Shown here: positions 28,064-38,168 of the stretch, in pieces | Position numbering within the stretch: the first letter of the stretch is position 1 | Layout: every line of letters begins with the position of its first letter | Assembly: GCA_964634875.1 (NCBI GenBank) | Contig: CAZWKA010000007.1 | Coordinates: 1,649-65,648, forward strand | Origin: an uncultured Gammaproteobacteria bacterium | GTDB lineage: Bacteria; Patescibacteriota; Patescibacteriia; Magasanikbacterales; GWA2-37-8 | DNA length: 64,000 nucleotides | Direction: 5' to 3' | Made by a program: the position numbers and the translations under genes | The notes under the pieces: model-generated | What the model was told of the DNA's origin: nothing | Databases searched by the model: none | The model's input: the letters and a program-made list of their open reading frames with translations, nothing else

Positions 28064-29365
28064 CTAGGGTCTGGTATTTTTATTTTCTGGCAAAATAATT
28101 CCATCGGGACGAAGGGCTAAGGCCCACCCCACAAACCATATCAGTTGACCCGTAAACAATGTTGCCAGCCAGTGATCAAACAAACCCGCCACCGTGAGCG
28201 TAACAATAATGGCGGCACCAAGCCTAGACATCTGCCAAACTTTTTTAAAAAGTAAAATGTATATAACGGCAAAAACAAAACTAGCGAGCAGACCCCACTG
28301 GGCAATCGTTAAAAAATAAATGTTGTGCACGGGCTGGAGCTCAAAGGCGCGTGCTTCCGGATGTTTTGCAGCAAGCGCAACAGTATATGCACCCGGACCC
28401 ACCCCGAGCAGCGGATACTCTTTAATAGTTGTCAGGGCTTCGTGCAATTGCGAAGCGCGCTCACCGAGGGAGCGGGCTTCCAAACGGTTGCTAGGTGTGA
28501 AGCGAGCAAAAAAGAGCGGCTGAAGGGCGAGAATAAAAAAAAGGGTGATGAGCGTATAAAACCCAGCTTGTTTTAAAAAAACATTCCGAAGTGGCGTCTT
28601 GACGACACAGAGGAATATTGCCGCAAGTCCGGCTACACCAGATAACCAGGCACCACGCGAAAAAGAAAGAATAAGACCGCCGAGAATTACAAGCTGCCCA
28701 ACAGTGATAAGCAACTTTACTTTGTTTGAAGTAGTACCGAGATACAAAATAAGCCCCACGACAAACACTACCGCTAAATAAATACCGAGTGAATTCGGCG
28801 AGCCAAAACTGCCATATGCCCGAAGCCACCGTTCATCCCCAAACTCGATAACACTCGCTCCCAATTCTTTCGCTGTATGGCTAGCCAGTCCGAACCATGT
28901 ATTGGCCGTGACTTGCTGCATAAAAAATTGCCCCATACCAAAGAGCGCCTGCACCACGCCCCCCAGCCAGAGGGCTAGAGCAAGTGTACGAGCTGAATAC
29001 TGGCTCGTGAGGATAAGCAGCATAGCCCACAACCCCAAGAGCAACCAGGTAACCGCTTGGTACGAAACGCCGGGATTAAAACTGTGGCCGATACAAAGAG
29101 CCACAAAACCCAGTACGACGACAATAACAGCACTCGACGTACGGCGGCTCCAGGACGCCCTGGGGTGGCTTGCATCCCGGATCAACCTAAAAAAACCAAG
29201 CCCGATGACCAAACACAACAAAAGTTCGGTGGCATACAAACTTTTTGTCCCATACTCCCACGGTGAACCATTAATAAAGGCTGGCGAATAAATCCACCGC
29301 GTCTGCCAGGGCAGCAAAAACAGAAAGAGGCACAGCAGCGTATCGGTAATTTTAGCGAGCGACAT
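28064..29365 (-). CDS. O-antigen ligase (Wzy_C) family membrane protein
   Basis: RAYGSFGSPNSLG, SFSRGAW, GVGPGAY and PVHNIYF motifs. Start placed at MSLAK. Confidence 0.88.
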   Translation of the reverse strand: MSLAKITDTLLCLFLFLLPWQTRWIYSPAFINGSPWEYGTKSLYATELLLCLVIGLGFFRLIRDASHPRASWSRRTSSAVIVVVLGFVALCIGHSFNPGVSYQAVTWLLLGLWAMLLILTSQYSARTLALALWLGGVVQALFGMGQFFMQQVTANTWFGLASHTAKELGASVIEFGDERWLRAYGSFGSPNSLGIYLAVVFVVGLILYLGTTSNKVKLLITVGQLVILGGLILSFSRGAWLSGVAGLAAIFLCVVKTPLRNVFLKQAGFYTLITLFFILALQPLFFARFTPSNRLEARSLGERASQLHEALTTIKEYPLLGVGPGAYTVALAAKHPEARAFELQPVHNIYFLTIAQWGLLASFVFAVIYILLFKKVWQMSRLGAAIIVTLTVAGLFDHWLATLFTGQLIWFVGWALALRPDGIILPENKNTRP

Positions 29366-30305
29366 ATTCATTTTTTTTAAGCCAAGCGGCGTGGTAGTCG
29401 CGCCGTGTGTCACGCTCATGAAACTTAAGCACGCCTTCAGCCAGAACCACATGATTATTGGGTTCTCGAGCCAAGGCTTTAATTTTCGGCGCGATCGATC
29501 GCCACTGGATTTTTTTTGCTTCGGCTTCGATCAAATTACCATAGCTTGTCCCCCACACCTTTTCTAAAATTTTCTTAATACTCTGCCCCAATAGGCCAGG
29601 CTTATTTCCCCGCGTATACGTAAGGGGGAAACGCAGTTCACCCTGCTGCCCCGGTACATAGTTAAGAGCCCAGGTATTGGCACGGCGAAACTGCCGGGCT
29701 ACGTCGCCGGTGTCATAAAGCACAAACATTTGCTGCAGCCAGTAAGCGAAATGAACATCGCCTGGTACCACACGGAGTGGGCCAAGGTCGAGATGCTCAG
29801 TATCGACAAAAAAACACAGGCACATCCGGCCGGATATTTTCTTACCATATGTCCGAAGTCCAAATAACCGTAAAATCGCATGGGTAAAAAAACGCACCAG
29901 CCAAATCCTTTTGGGGGCAGTGATAATAAAAAGATCAATATCGCTTGTCAGCGTCGCGTTTTCAGCACCTACCGAGTTACACACGAAAACCGCTTTTAAA
30001 AACGGCACCCAACTAACAAGCTGCACGGCGCGGCGGGCTTTTTTGAGCATGTGCTCGGTAGGCACAATCCGCTCTTGGCGGCGGGCAATAAGTTCCGCCC
30101 GCCCGGGTAAAAAATAATACCCCCCCTGACATTGCCAACGCGATGATTGGCGGCCGACCAGATACGCAGTAAACTCAGAAAAGGTTATTGTTGGCGGGAG
30201 CCACAAAAAAGTAAATAATTCCTCGAGCGTGAGCGGGAACTCGGCCACATCAAAATAGGCCAGTGTTGTACTTATAGATTGTTCGAGCGCAGGGTTTTGG
30301 TTCAT
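29352..30305 (-). CDS. Nucleotidyltransferase-fold protein
   Basis: NSVG...SDIDLFII Pol-beta-like signature; N-terminal wHTH-like segment. Confidence 0.65.
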   Translation of the reverse strand: MNQNPALEQSISTTLAYFDVAEFPLTLEELFTFLWLPPTITFSEFTAYLVGRQSSRWQCQGGYYFLPGRAELIARRQERIVPTEHMLKKARRAVQLVSWVPFLKAVFVCNSVGAENATLTSDIDLFIITAPKRIWLVRFFTHAILRLFGLRTYGKKISGRMCLCFFVDTEHLDLGPLRVVPGDVHFAYWLQQMFVLYDTGDVARQFRRANTWALNYVPGQQGELRFPLTYTRGNKPGLLGQSIKKILEKVWGTSYGNLIEAEAKKIQWRSIAPKIKALAREPNNHVVLAEGVLKFHERDTRRDYHAAWLKKNEYVAR

Positions 30306-30371
30306 ACAAAATATCGATCGTATACTACACTAAAAAAAGCCCCCTGAGAACAGGAGGCTTTTTGAAAGAAG

Positions 30372-31166
30372 CTAGGAAACAATCTGACCTTCGATTACCT
30401 TGCCTGAGTCATTCGGAGCAGCTGGAGGCTGAGTGGTCGGAGTATTTTTTTTGTTAACCAAGTATTGTTGTCCAGCCATAAGGAGTGTGCCGAAGAACCA
30501 ATAGAGCGACAAACCACCCGGGAGGCTGAAACCAATGATTGCAGTCATGACGGGCATAAAGTAAAGCATTTGCTTATTCATCATCGCCATCATACCCTCA
30601 TCCTTACCACCTTCACCCGCAGTTTTTGGCGGCATGCGGCGGGTCATCCCCCGGGCTTGCAAATACTGGGCAAGACCCGCCAGGACGGCGAGCACATAGT
30701 TAGGTTTGAGCAAGTTAAAAAAACCGAGTGATACCGGGTTGACCGTACCTGGATTGTGAACAAAGGAGTACAAGGTTTCGGCAATATTAGTGGAAGCGAG
30801 GCCGGCACGCAGCACTGTATAGAGCGCGATTAAAATCGGAATTTGAAGGAGAATCGGCAAACACGAAGCAAACGGGTTAACCTTATTATTTTTATAGAGT
30901 TCCATGGTGGCCTGAGCCAGCGCCTGCTGGTCGCCCGCATGTTTTTTCTTGAGCTCATCAAGTTTTGGCTGTAGCCCCTGCAGCGACTGTTGCGCTTTGA
31001 TCGATGACGAAGTGAGCGGATACAGCACGAGCCGGATCAACAGCGTGATAATGAGGATAACAAGACCCACGTCATGGCCGGGAACAATGTTATACAGGAC
31101 GATAAAGAGGTTGAAGATGGGTTTATAGAGTACAATGTGAAAGGCAGCGGAAATGGCAGCAAACAT
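30372..31166 (-). CDS. yidC: YidC/Oxa1 membrane insertase
   Basis: LQPKLDELKKKH, NPFASCLPILLQIPI and GLSLYW motifs. Start MFAAIS. Confidence 0.93.
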   Translation of the reverse strand: MFAAISAAFHIVLYKPIFNLFIVLYNIVPGHDVGLVILIITLLIRLVLYPLTSSSIKAQQSLQGLQPKLDELKKKHAGDQQALAQATMELYKNNKVNPFASCLPILLQIPILIALYTVLRAGLASTNIAETLYSFVHNPGTVNPVSLGFFNLLKPNYVLAVLAGLAQYLQARGMTRRMPPKTAGEGGKDEGMMAMMNKQMLYFMPVMTAIIGFSLPGGLSLYWFFGTLLMAGQQYLVNKKNTPTTQPPAAPNDSGKVIEGQIVS

Positions 31167-31169
31167 AGG

Positions 31170-31275
31170 GTAAATATCTAATGTCAAAATCCTAATGACT
31201 AATAAAAATCCAAATGTCCAAACCATTATCATTGGACATTTTATTTGACAAGAAATTAGGATTTAGGATTTAAAA
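31170..31275. repeat. Heptamer-built intergenic hairpin, second subfamily
   Basis: AATGTCA-AAATCCT-AATGACT...AAATGTCCAA pairing with TTGGACATTT...TTTGACA...TTAGGATTTAGGATTT in the nusA-yidC spacer. Confidence 0.7.
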
Positions 31276-31277
31276 AA

Positions 31278-32537
31278 TTATTCTTTAGTCTCTGCAGCTG
31301 GTTCTACTGATTCTTCAACAGCCACTGCTTCATTTGCTTCTTCTGCTGGGGATTGAGTTTCTGGCGCCTCTTCCTCACTTGCTTCAGCTGGTTTTTCTGG
31401 CGCACCCTCCTGAATCACACTAATTTTCCAACCAGTCAACTCTGAAGCAAGGCGCACGTTCTGGCCACTGCGGCCGATAGCAAGTGAAAATTGTTCAGAC
31501 GCTACCAATACTTTAGCCACCTTGGAATCTTCATCGAGCTCAACGCTCAATACTTTGGCTGGCGACAAGGCGTGAACAATATATTTTTTAGCGTCTTCAT
31601 TATACTGGATAACGTCAATCTTTTCGCCCCCCAACTCTTCAATAATTGTGGTAATGCGGCTACCACGCTGGCCGATACACGAACCGATCGGATCGATCGA
31701 AGTGTCGCTCGTCGCTACTGCTACTTTAGAACGAAAACCAGCTTCGCGCGCCACACCTTTGATCTCAATCACACCGTCAGCAACTTCCGGGATTTCTTGT
31801 TTAAAAATTTCTTTCACCATGCCCACAGAACTGCGGGATAAAATAATTTCCGGGCCACGCATGCCCATCTCAACTGAAGCGACATAAAACTTCATCCGGC
31901 TACCAGGACGATAGTGTTCGTTATAAATTTGCTGATCATGTGGCAAGATAGCCGTGATTTTACCAAGGTCAATCAAAACTTTACGCCCTTCCACGCGCTG
32001 GATAGTTCCCTGGATAATCGTTCCTTCCTGCCCCTTGAAGTCACCAAACACCATCGTGCGTTCGGCTTCGCGGATTTTTTGAATGATAACCTGCTTAGCA
32101 GTCTGAGCAGCCATGCGGCCAAATTCGTGAGTGATTGGAAGCTCGATATCAATAACATCACCCAATTTTACTTTGCCTTTAATGATTTTCGCTTCTGAAA
32201 TCATCATTTCAGTTTTTGGATTGAATCGAGGCAAGTCAGCTGTTTCCTCATCGGTAAGCTCGCGCCCTTCATCCTTGGCTTTTTTGCGCCGTTCAGTCAA
32301 TTCTTCCTGGGCTTTTTCAAGCGCTTCAGGATCAACATCTTCTACAACAGTCTTAATATCCCACGCCTGCATGTCGCCAGTTTCGGGGTCAAATTTTACT
32401 TTAATGTTTTGCTGTTTGTTGCCAAAATCCTTGCGGTAAGCGGCAGCGAGAGCAATTTCAATGGTATCCATGACCGCTTCATAGGACAAATTCTTTTCAT
32501 CGCAGAGGGCCTGAATCGCTTTGGTAATTTCGGACAT
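31278..32537 (-). CDS. nusA: Transcription factor NusA
   Basis: FGRMAAQTAKQVI, AREAGFRSK and AIGRSGQNVRLAS motifs. Confidence 0.97.
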   Translation of the reverse strand: MSEITKAIQALCDEKNLSYEAVMDTIEIALAAAYRKDFGNKQQNIKVKFDPETGDMQAWDIKTVVEDVDPEALEKAQEELTERRKKAKDEGRELTDEETADLPRFNPKTEMMISEAKIIKGKVKLGDVIDIELPITHEFGRMAAQTAKQVIIQKIREAERTMVFGDFKGQEGTIIQGTIQRVEGRKVLIDLGKITAILPHDQQIYNEHYRPGSRMKFYVASVEMGMRGPEIILSRSSVGMVKEIFKQEIPEVADGVIEIKGVAREAGFRSKVAVATSDTSIDPIGSCIGQRGSRITTIIEELGGEKIDVIQYNEDAKKYIVHALSPAKVLSVELDEDSKVAKVLVASEQFSLAIGRSGQNVRLASELTGWKISVIQEGAPEKPAEASEEEAPETQSPAEEANEAVAVEESVEPAAETKE

Positions 32538-32671
32538 AGTACGTGAGTTAGAGAGGTTAATTAGTAATGAGTATAGCAGTTTTTAACAAAAAGAGCCACT
32601 TTTATAAAGTGGTCTTAGGCTAAGAGTAGCTGAATAGCTTAAATTTGTCAAGCAAAAATTTGGCTTTATGA

Positions 32672-32700
32672 TTGACAAAAAATTAACTGTATAGTACATT
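32672..32700 (+). promoter_or_regulatory. Promoter TTGACA-17-TACATT
   Basis: Divergent from nusA, upstream of the 32777 ORF. Confidence 0.65.
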
Positions 32701-32776
32701 GATCTGTTACTAAAATGTTTCATCGAGCAACCATCTCAGGTGGTTGATAAAGGGAACATTTACAAAAGGGAGACCA

Positions 32777-33334
32777 ATGCGCACATTTACTGTCTCAGCT
32801 GAGGGCAAAGTAGAGCCTGGAATCACAATCATCAAACCAGGGCTGTTTCCACGCAACTATCGTCATAGCCTGGAAATCGGTGAAGGCGAGGCAAGGAGGC
32901 AGATAGTACTTGGTATCGGCGAACAATCCTGTGACACTGCCCGAGTCACAGACAGAACCATCCATATTGAAAAATGCGACCTCTTCCAGAGGAGGGATGG
33001 CAAACTACTGTTCGTACGCGAACGGATCAATACCGACGAAAACCGTATTCTGGTTCGCTGGCAGACATGCACAGACCCATTTGCCCAAATTAGATTTGAA
33101 ACTCCGTCTGATAACGGAGCTCAGCCTGCGCTACTCATTTGCGGAGCGAAAAGCCAGGTCGATAGTTTGTGGTATATTGAGTGTGTCGTGATACTTTATC
33201 CCGACTCCTCAGTTATAGCGCAAAGCACAAGCTTTGGCATCACTCGAGCCCGCAAACTAACTCGCAGCCTCGAAGGGGATTTCCTAACGGTGTCCGGCGA
33301 AACACCGGTCGACACAGATGGAGTCTACCTCTAG
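32777..33334 (+). CDS. Hypothetical beta-rich protein (SD-led)
   Basis: AAGGGAG-5nt-ATG; followed by a long hairpin ending GCAGGGGTTTTGTTTT. Confidence 0.65.
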   Translation: MRTFTVSAEGKVEPGITIIKPGLFPRNYRHSLEIGEGEARRQIVLGIGEQSCDTARVTDRTIHIEKCDLFQRRDGKLLFVRERINTDENRILVRWQTCTDPFAQIRFETPSDNGAQPALLICGAKSQVDSLWYIECVVILYPDSSVIAQSTSFGITRARKLTRSLEGDFLTVSGETPVDTDGVYL

Positions 33335-33499
33335 TCTTTCTCTCCCAACACCGGGCAGAGAGCACAATACCCCTGCTTCCGATCTTATTGCTTAAATACT
33401 TGAGCGATAAGATTAGCAGGGGTTTTGTTTTATAACCGCCTACCACCATTGACATTAGAGGCTGAATGTGCTATTACTCTCCTCGGAGGGAAATAGTAC

Positions 33500-33841
33500 A
33501 TGAGCCTGAGACACGCATGTGCAGCAGTCGGACTGGTTCTCTTCTGTGGGGCATTTGGCCCCCTGGACTGCCTCAAGAAAAAGGCGGACGAGGCACGCCC
33601 CGAGGATCCCTGCAAAAAGGTCCAGTCGCATTTCCACGCCACTACCCAGAAGTTCGCCTCGGCTTCAAAAGGGGGCGCATGGTTCGATGCACTGTGCGAT
33701 GTGTGGACAGAGGCAGAGGCCATCCCGGACACATGCGCCAGCTTCCGCCAGGAAGTCTTGACCTTCCTGAGCAATCAGAATCTGCCCTCGCGCGAAGCGG
33801 CGTGTGACCCCTGCATGAACATTCCCGAGGAGTGCTACTAG
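33500..33841 (+). CDS. Cys-rich secreted protein or lipoprotein (islet)
   Basis: TTGACA-17-TATTAC at 33449-33477; GGAGG SD; hydrophobic N-terminus; hairpin ending GCAGGGGGTTTTGTTTTT downstream. Confidence 0.7.
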   Translation: MSLRHACAAVGLVLFCGAFGPLDCLKKKADEARPEDPCKKVQSHFHATTQKFASASKGGAWFDALCDVWTEAEAIPDTCASFRQEVLTFLSNQNLPSREAACDPCMNIPEECY

Positions 33842-33945
33842 CAGCCCCTCGCACAACCAGCTCAAAGGGAGCCCTATCCCCCTGCTACATACCTACTGCT
33901 CAACTTATCTTGAACAGTGAGTACGGCAGGGGGTTTTGTTTTTAC

Positions 33946-35445
33946 TTATTTCTTCACCAACGAAGAAATAAAATTTTCAATCGGCGCGTAGTCATCAGTC
34001 AAAACAGGAGATGTGCTTGCAAGAGGATTTTTTTCTACACCCGCAAGAAAACTAGCTGCTTCACCTGTTGCCGCTGTCCAGTCTGGCGCTTGATGTGATT
34101 TAAGCGCGACAAGCATTATATTTTGAAGTTGTTCCTGATCAGTTGCGGTGTCAACAGGCAGTTGATACACCTGGGGGAATACTGCTTGCAGGGTGGCCAC
34201 TTTACGCTTTAAAAACGATGCCCCAGGCCCTCCGAGCGATGCATTGATGTTTACAATATATACCCCATCATCCGTAAGATGGTCAGCAATTTTTTGCACC
34301 GCTTCAATCGTGGTCAGCTGGAACGGAACATCAAAGTAAGAATGAAACGCATCGCCATAGATAGCATCATATTTTTTTTCACCAAGCCTGTTTAAAAAAA
34401 CCCGGCCATCCTCGTGGTAGATACTGAGACGCGAGTCTGGTTGCAGATTAAAATACTCTCGAGCGAGCTCGGTAACTCCAGGATCGATTTCAACGACATC
34501 GAGCATAGCATCAGGGTGTTTGGCCAAAAAATCTTTGGGGTATGAATAAGCTCCCCCACCGATCATGAGGGCGCTTTTTATTTCTGGATTAAAAAAATCC
34601 GCCAAGCGATAATATTTGGAATATGGGTAGACCAAGTCATTGTCGTCATCCAAAAACATTCCAGCTTGCGTCGCTTCGCGCGAGCTGACCATATTTAGGG
34701 TAGGGCGATTGGTGGCAGCGTCCACACTTTCGATCAAAAGAAAACGATTGTAATGAGTATCTACATCCACCCGAATACCGCTGGTCGCAAGCGTGCCCTG
34801 AAAAATATTAGGCACTACTAAAAAAATAGCAGCAACAGCGGCTAGGCCGATACGCGAACCCCGATACTGAGCAGAAAATACTAAAAAGGAGGCAACAAAC
34901 AACAGAAGCGCCAGGAGGAGCAAAATTTTAGTGGTGCCAAGATACGCAATAAGAAAATAACCGGCTGCAAACGTGCCGGTGATGCTGCCGACAGTTGAGA
35001 GTGCGTAGAGCCTGCCTACCAAACGCCCGGAAGCAGCCACTGATTCAATCTTAAGCCGCACTGCGTAGGGCGAAACCATCCCCAGCACGATGCTGACAGG
35101 AGCAAAAATTATACCCGCAGCGAGGAGCGCAGCCAGACGTAGATCAAGCGCGCTTGACCCAAAAAGCACCAAGACAGGAAATTTAATCGCAGCCACGAGG
35201 AGCATAAGTGCACCCGCGAGCGCCATAATTAACGCGAGCGAGCGAGCAGTAGCCTGCCGATCGGCTAAACGGCCGCCCCACCAATACCCCAGACTCAGGC
35301 TGCCCAGAATTACACCAATAATGCTTGTCCAGATGTATAGGGAAGTGCCCAAGTACGGCGCAAAAACACGTGAGCCAACCAACTCAAAAACCATGACGGT
35401 AAAGCCACAAATAAAGACAGTTATTTCGAGAAAATATCTCCGCAT
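33946..35445 (-). CDS. Fused membrane/spermidine-synthase-like methyltransferase
   Basis: ELVGSRVFAPYLGTSLY TM region; LMIGGGAY, VVEIDP and DAIYGDAF motifs; C-terminal LTDDYAP. Confidence 0.88.
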   Translation of the reverse strand: MRRYFLEITVFICGFTVMVFELVGSRVFAPYLGTSLYIWTSIIGVILGSLSLGYWWGGRLADRQATARSLALIMALAGALMLLVAAIKFPVLVLFGSSALDLRLAALLAAGIIFAPVSIVLGMVSPYAVRLKIESVAASGRLVGRLYALSTVGSITGTFAAGYFLIAYLGTTKILLLLALLLFVASFLVFSAQYRGSRIGLAAVAAIFLVVPNIFQGTLATSGIRVDVDTHYNRFLLIESVDAATNRPTLNMVSSREATQAGMFLDDDNDLVYPYSKYYRLADFFNPEIKSALMIGGGAYSYPKDFLAKHPDAMLDVVEIDPGVTELAREYFNLQPDSRLSIYHEDGRVFLNRLGEKKYDAIYGDAFHSYFDVPFQLTTIEAVQKIADHLTDDGVYIVNINASLGGPGASFLKRKVATLQAVFPQVYQLPVDTATDQEQLQNIMLVALKSHQAPDWTAATGEAASFLAGVEKNPLASTSPVLTDDYAPIENFISSLVKK

Positions 35446-35536
35446 AAACTAAAGGCGTAAAACGAAAAGCTACAAATAAAACTGTCGCCGGGGTGACTCG
35501 ATTATTTTTAGTTTTTCAATTTTCATTTTGAACTAT
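35446..35536. repeat. Heptamer-built intergenic hairpin, copy 3
   Basis: GCGTAAAACGAAAAGCTA...CTGTCGCCGGGGTGA...TTTTTAGTTTTTCAATTTTCATTTTG. Confidence 0.8.
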
Positions 35537-36310
35537 TTACTTCCCGGCCACACGCTTTGGCGCCTTACCAGTAATTTTAACCGTATCGCCCACATCCAAA
35601 AAGGCGTATAATTTTTCGACGTCCTTGTAGGCGATATTCACACAACCATGACTCATGGGACGAATGCCGAATTGGTTGTGCCAGTAGGCGCCGTGCAGAT
35701 AATACGTACGTTTGAATTCCAGATTCCATTTTGTATTCGGGAGGTCGTACCCTGGGCCACGGTAATGCTTGACCGGAACTTTGCGCATAATAGCAAACTC
35801 CCCAACCGGGGTGGGTGTTTGCGCAAGCCCGCTTGAGATTGGCATTGATCCAAGCTGTACATCATTTAAATAATACACGAGCTGTTGGGTATTCAAATCA
35901 ACTTCAGCGTGGCGTTTGAGACTACGATCCCCACCACCTTTCAGCGGGTTGTACCCAAGGTACGCTTCACCACCATCCTTATAGCCATCCCTATCAGTAT
36001 CACTAATATTTAAATCAGTACCAAGACCAAGCTCAGCTTCATCACTCAGTCCGTCGCTGTCAGTATCAACTGCCGACAATTTTTTGTTGTCGCCGACAAG
36101 CGGTGAATAGCCATTGGTTATCTCTTCACCATCACTAAAACCATCGCCATCGGTGTCAGCAACACTGGGATTCGTATAGTACACACCAACCTCCTCTACG
36201 TCAGTAAGCCCGTCCTGGTCGATATCATTCAGCTCCGCGGCTGCGGCCGGAACAACAAAAAAAAGCCCTGAGGCGACTGCTACGATAAAAAATCGATACA
36301 CACATTTCAT
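35537..36310 (-). CDS. L,D-transpeptidase family protein with TSP3-like Ca-binding repeats
   Basis: DTDGDGFSDGEE repeats; YLHGAYWHNQFG...SHGCVN catalytic motif. Confidence 0.9.
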   Translation of the reverse strand: MKCVYRFFIVAVASGLFFVVPAAAAELNDIDQDGLTDVEEVGVYYTNPSVADTDGDGFSDGEEITNGYSPLVGDNKKLSAVDTDSDGLSDEAELGLGTDLNISDTDRDGYKDGGEAYLGYNPLKGGGDRSLKRHAEVDLNTQQLVYYLNDVQLGSMPISSGLAQTPTPVGEFAIMRKVPVKHYRGPGYDLPNTKWNLEFKRTYYLHGAYWHNQFGIRPMSHGCVNIAYKDVEKLYAFLDVGDTVKITGKAPKRVAGK

Positions 36311-36318
36311 ACCAGTGT

Positions 36319-36519
36319 TTACATGTTACCAAGCGCGACAATAAAGAGCACTAGGGTCATTACAATAAAAATACAAAAACCAATAATTGCAGCCACAACC
36401 AAAGTCACACGCTTGAATGGCACGGCACGCTGCGAACCAAACTTCTTCCATACGATAAAAAACACCAACCAATACAAGATCGTCATTCCGCCAACAAGCA
36501 GAACAGAGAATGGAATCAT
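36319..36519 (-). CDS. Small two-TM membrane protein
   Basis: 66-aa hydrophobic ORF filling the operon gap. Confidence 0.6.
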   Translation of the reverse strand: MIPFSVLLVGGMTILYWLVFFIVWKKFGSQRAVPFKRVTLVVAAIIGFCIFIVMTLVLFIVALGNM

Positions 36520-36529
36520 AGACCAACAG

Positions 36530-37390
36530 TTATCGTATCAGTATAGCACCCTCCGTATCAGTTCGTAAAATAGTCACACCAGCCCGCTCCAATCGCTTTA
36601 TAACCCGCAGCGAAGGGTGCCCATAGCGGTTGGGACCGGTCGAAATAGTCCCCACCCTCGGCGCTACTGCTCGCAAAAACTCATCGCTGGTTGAAGTTTT
36701 ACTGCCATGATGCCCTATTTTGAGAATATTTGACTGCAGCGCTGGGCAGGGATACAGGTAGATACTCGAAACTGTACCGCAGTACCGTTTAAGGAGCGCC
36801 TGTTCCAACTGAAATTCTGTATCTGCAGTTAGTAAAAAGGAATTGGTTCTGTCGTCGAGGCGAAACACGATGGAATAATTATTACTGTCGTCAGTTGCGG
36901 TAGTTACTCCGAGGAGCGGATCAGGCGATACAAAGCGCAGCGTCGAACTGGCGATCGTCCACGTAGCCGGTTTATCGATAGTACCAAGCTTCGCCCCCGA
37001 AGCCTGCCGAACAGCATCCCAGGTTTGCCAATAAGGATCGTTCGGTTTCACCGCACCATTGGTAATAATCACCCGCACCTTATACCGCTTGACGACATCA
37101 ATACAGCCGCCATAATGGTCGAGATCGGGGTGCGTTACCACAAGATACTCAATTGACCGGTCGTACAACGGAAGCTGCTTACCCAGCTCTGACAATACCA
37201 ACGTATTTGCCCCACAATCAACCAGCATTTTTTCACCGTTCCTAAACTGGATGAGCGTGCTGTCGCCCTGGCCGACATCAAGAAAGATTACTTTAAATTG
37301 ATGACGGCGAACGTCGTCGTATTTTAGATACACCTGCACCCCAGCAAAAACGAAGCTGAGCACGGCTATCACAAAAATTATTTTTTTCAT
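36530..37390 (-). CDS. ComEC-type metallo-beta-lactamase-fold nuclease domain (stand-alone)
   Basis: FLDVGQGDS, THPDLDHYGG, KIGHHGS and NRYGHP motifs. Start MKKIIF; the longer start lies inside a repeat. Confidence 0.9.
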   Translation of the reverse strand: MKKIIFVIAVLSFVFAGVQVYLKYDDVRRHQFKVIFLDVGQGDSTLIQFRNGEKMLVDCGANTLVLSELGKQLPLYDRSIEYLVVTHPDLDHYGGCIDVVKRYKVRVIITNGAVKPNDPYWQTWDAVRQASGAKLGTIDKPATWTIASSTLRFVSPDPLLGVTTATDDSNNYSIVFRLDDRTNSFLLTADTEFQLEQALLKRYCGTVSSIYLYPCPALQSNILKIGHHGSKTSTSDEFLRAVAPRVGTISTGPNRYGHPSLRVIKRLERAGVTILRTDTEGAILIR

Positions 37391-37400
37391 AAGCCTATCT

Positions 37401-37521
37401 GTCATTGCGAGGAGTGAGGCACGAATGACGAAGCAATCCCCTAGATTAAAAAATAATGCAATTAATTATTAAAAAGCTGGCACTACTACCGAGGGGATTG
37501 CTTCGTTTCGCTCGCAATGAC
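37401..37521. repeat. GTCATTGCGAG...CTCGCAATGAC palindromic element (full)
   Basis: GTCATTGCGAGGAG...GACGAAGCAATCCCCT and AGGGGATTGCTTCGTTTCGCTCGCAATGAC arms. Confidence 0.9.
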
Positions 37522-37526
37522 AGAAG

Positions 37527-38141
37527 TTATTTACTTACTACAATAATCTGATTCACCCACACCCCTTTTTCCTCAATCATACTTTCTTTTTCAATCCCAA
37601 AAGCCAAGCTACCTAAAATCTCCCGGATTTTTTCCGGCCGATGGTAATAAGAATCAATCTTAATAATCCCCTGTTTTGTCTCAACTTCGGGCGCTTCTTT
37701 TTGATTGATGTTGGTAACGATCAATTTTCCACCCGGCTTTAGTACCCGGTAAGCTTCGTCAAAAAAGCGTGTCGGATCTTTGAGATGCACAATAAGAAAA
37801 GCGGCCACGACAAAATCAAAATGAGCATCAGGAAATGACATACTTTCTGCATCACCAACGACTGTTTCGATCTTTGTTCTAATTTTATTCCGCAACACTT
37901 TCAACATTTCTTCCGATACATCAAGCGCCGTTACCAGAGCGCCCTTTTTAACTAGCTCAATCGCTAGGCGTCCCGTGCCTGCGCCCACATCGAGAACTGT
38001 CTTGCCCTCAAGATCGCCAAACAGCGGCAGCACTTTCTGTTGTTCAAAACTGTTGAGGTATTTTTCTTTTTTGTCGTAGGTGCTTGCGGCCAGATCGTAG
38101 CCAGTTTGTGAATTGTGGATCTTTATTTTTGACTTTGACAT
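37527..38141 (-). CDS. Class I SAM-dependent methyltransferase
   Basis: VLDVGAGTG, ALDVSEEML and RVLKPGG motifs. Confidence 0.9.
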   Translation of the reverse strand: MSKSKIKIHNSQTGYDLAASTYDKKEKYLNSFEQQKVLPLFGDLEGKTVLDVGAGTGRLAIELVKKGALVTALDVSEEMLKVLRNKIRTKIETVVGDAESMSFPDAHFDFVVAAFLIVHLKDPTRFFDEAYRVLKPGGKLIVTNINQKEAPEVETKQGIIKIDSYYHRPEKIREILGSLAFGIEKESMIEEKGVWVNQIIVVSK

Positions 38142-38168
38142 AACAAAATACAAAACAAAAAATATAAA

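Noticed and set aside
29366-29452. Longer N-termini in the ORF track for the O-antigen ligase, yidC, mutY, secG, FabH-like and 49790 ORFs
   Set aside because: They overlap neighbouring genes, promoters or repeats; downstream starts fit the family N-termini or SD positions better.
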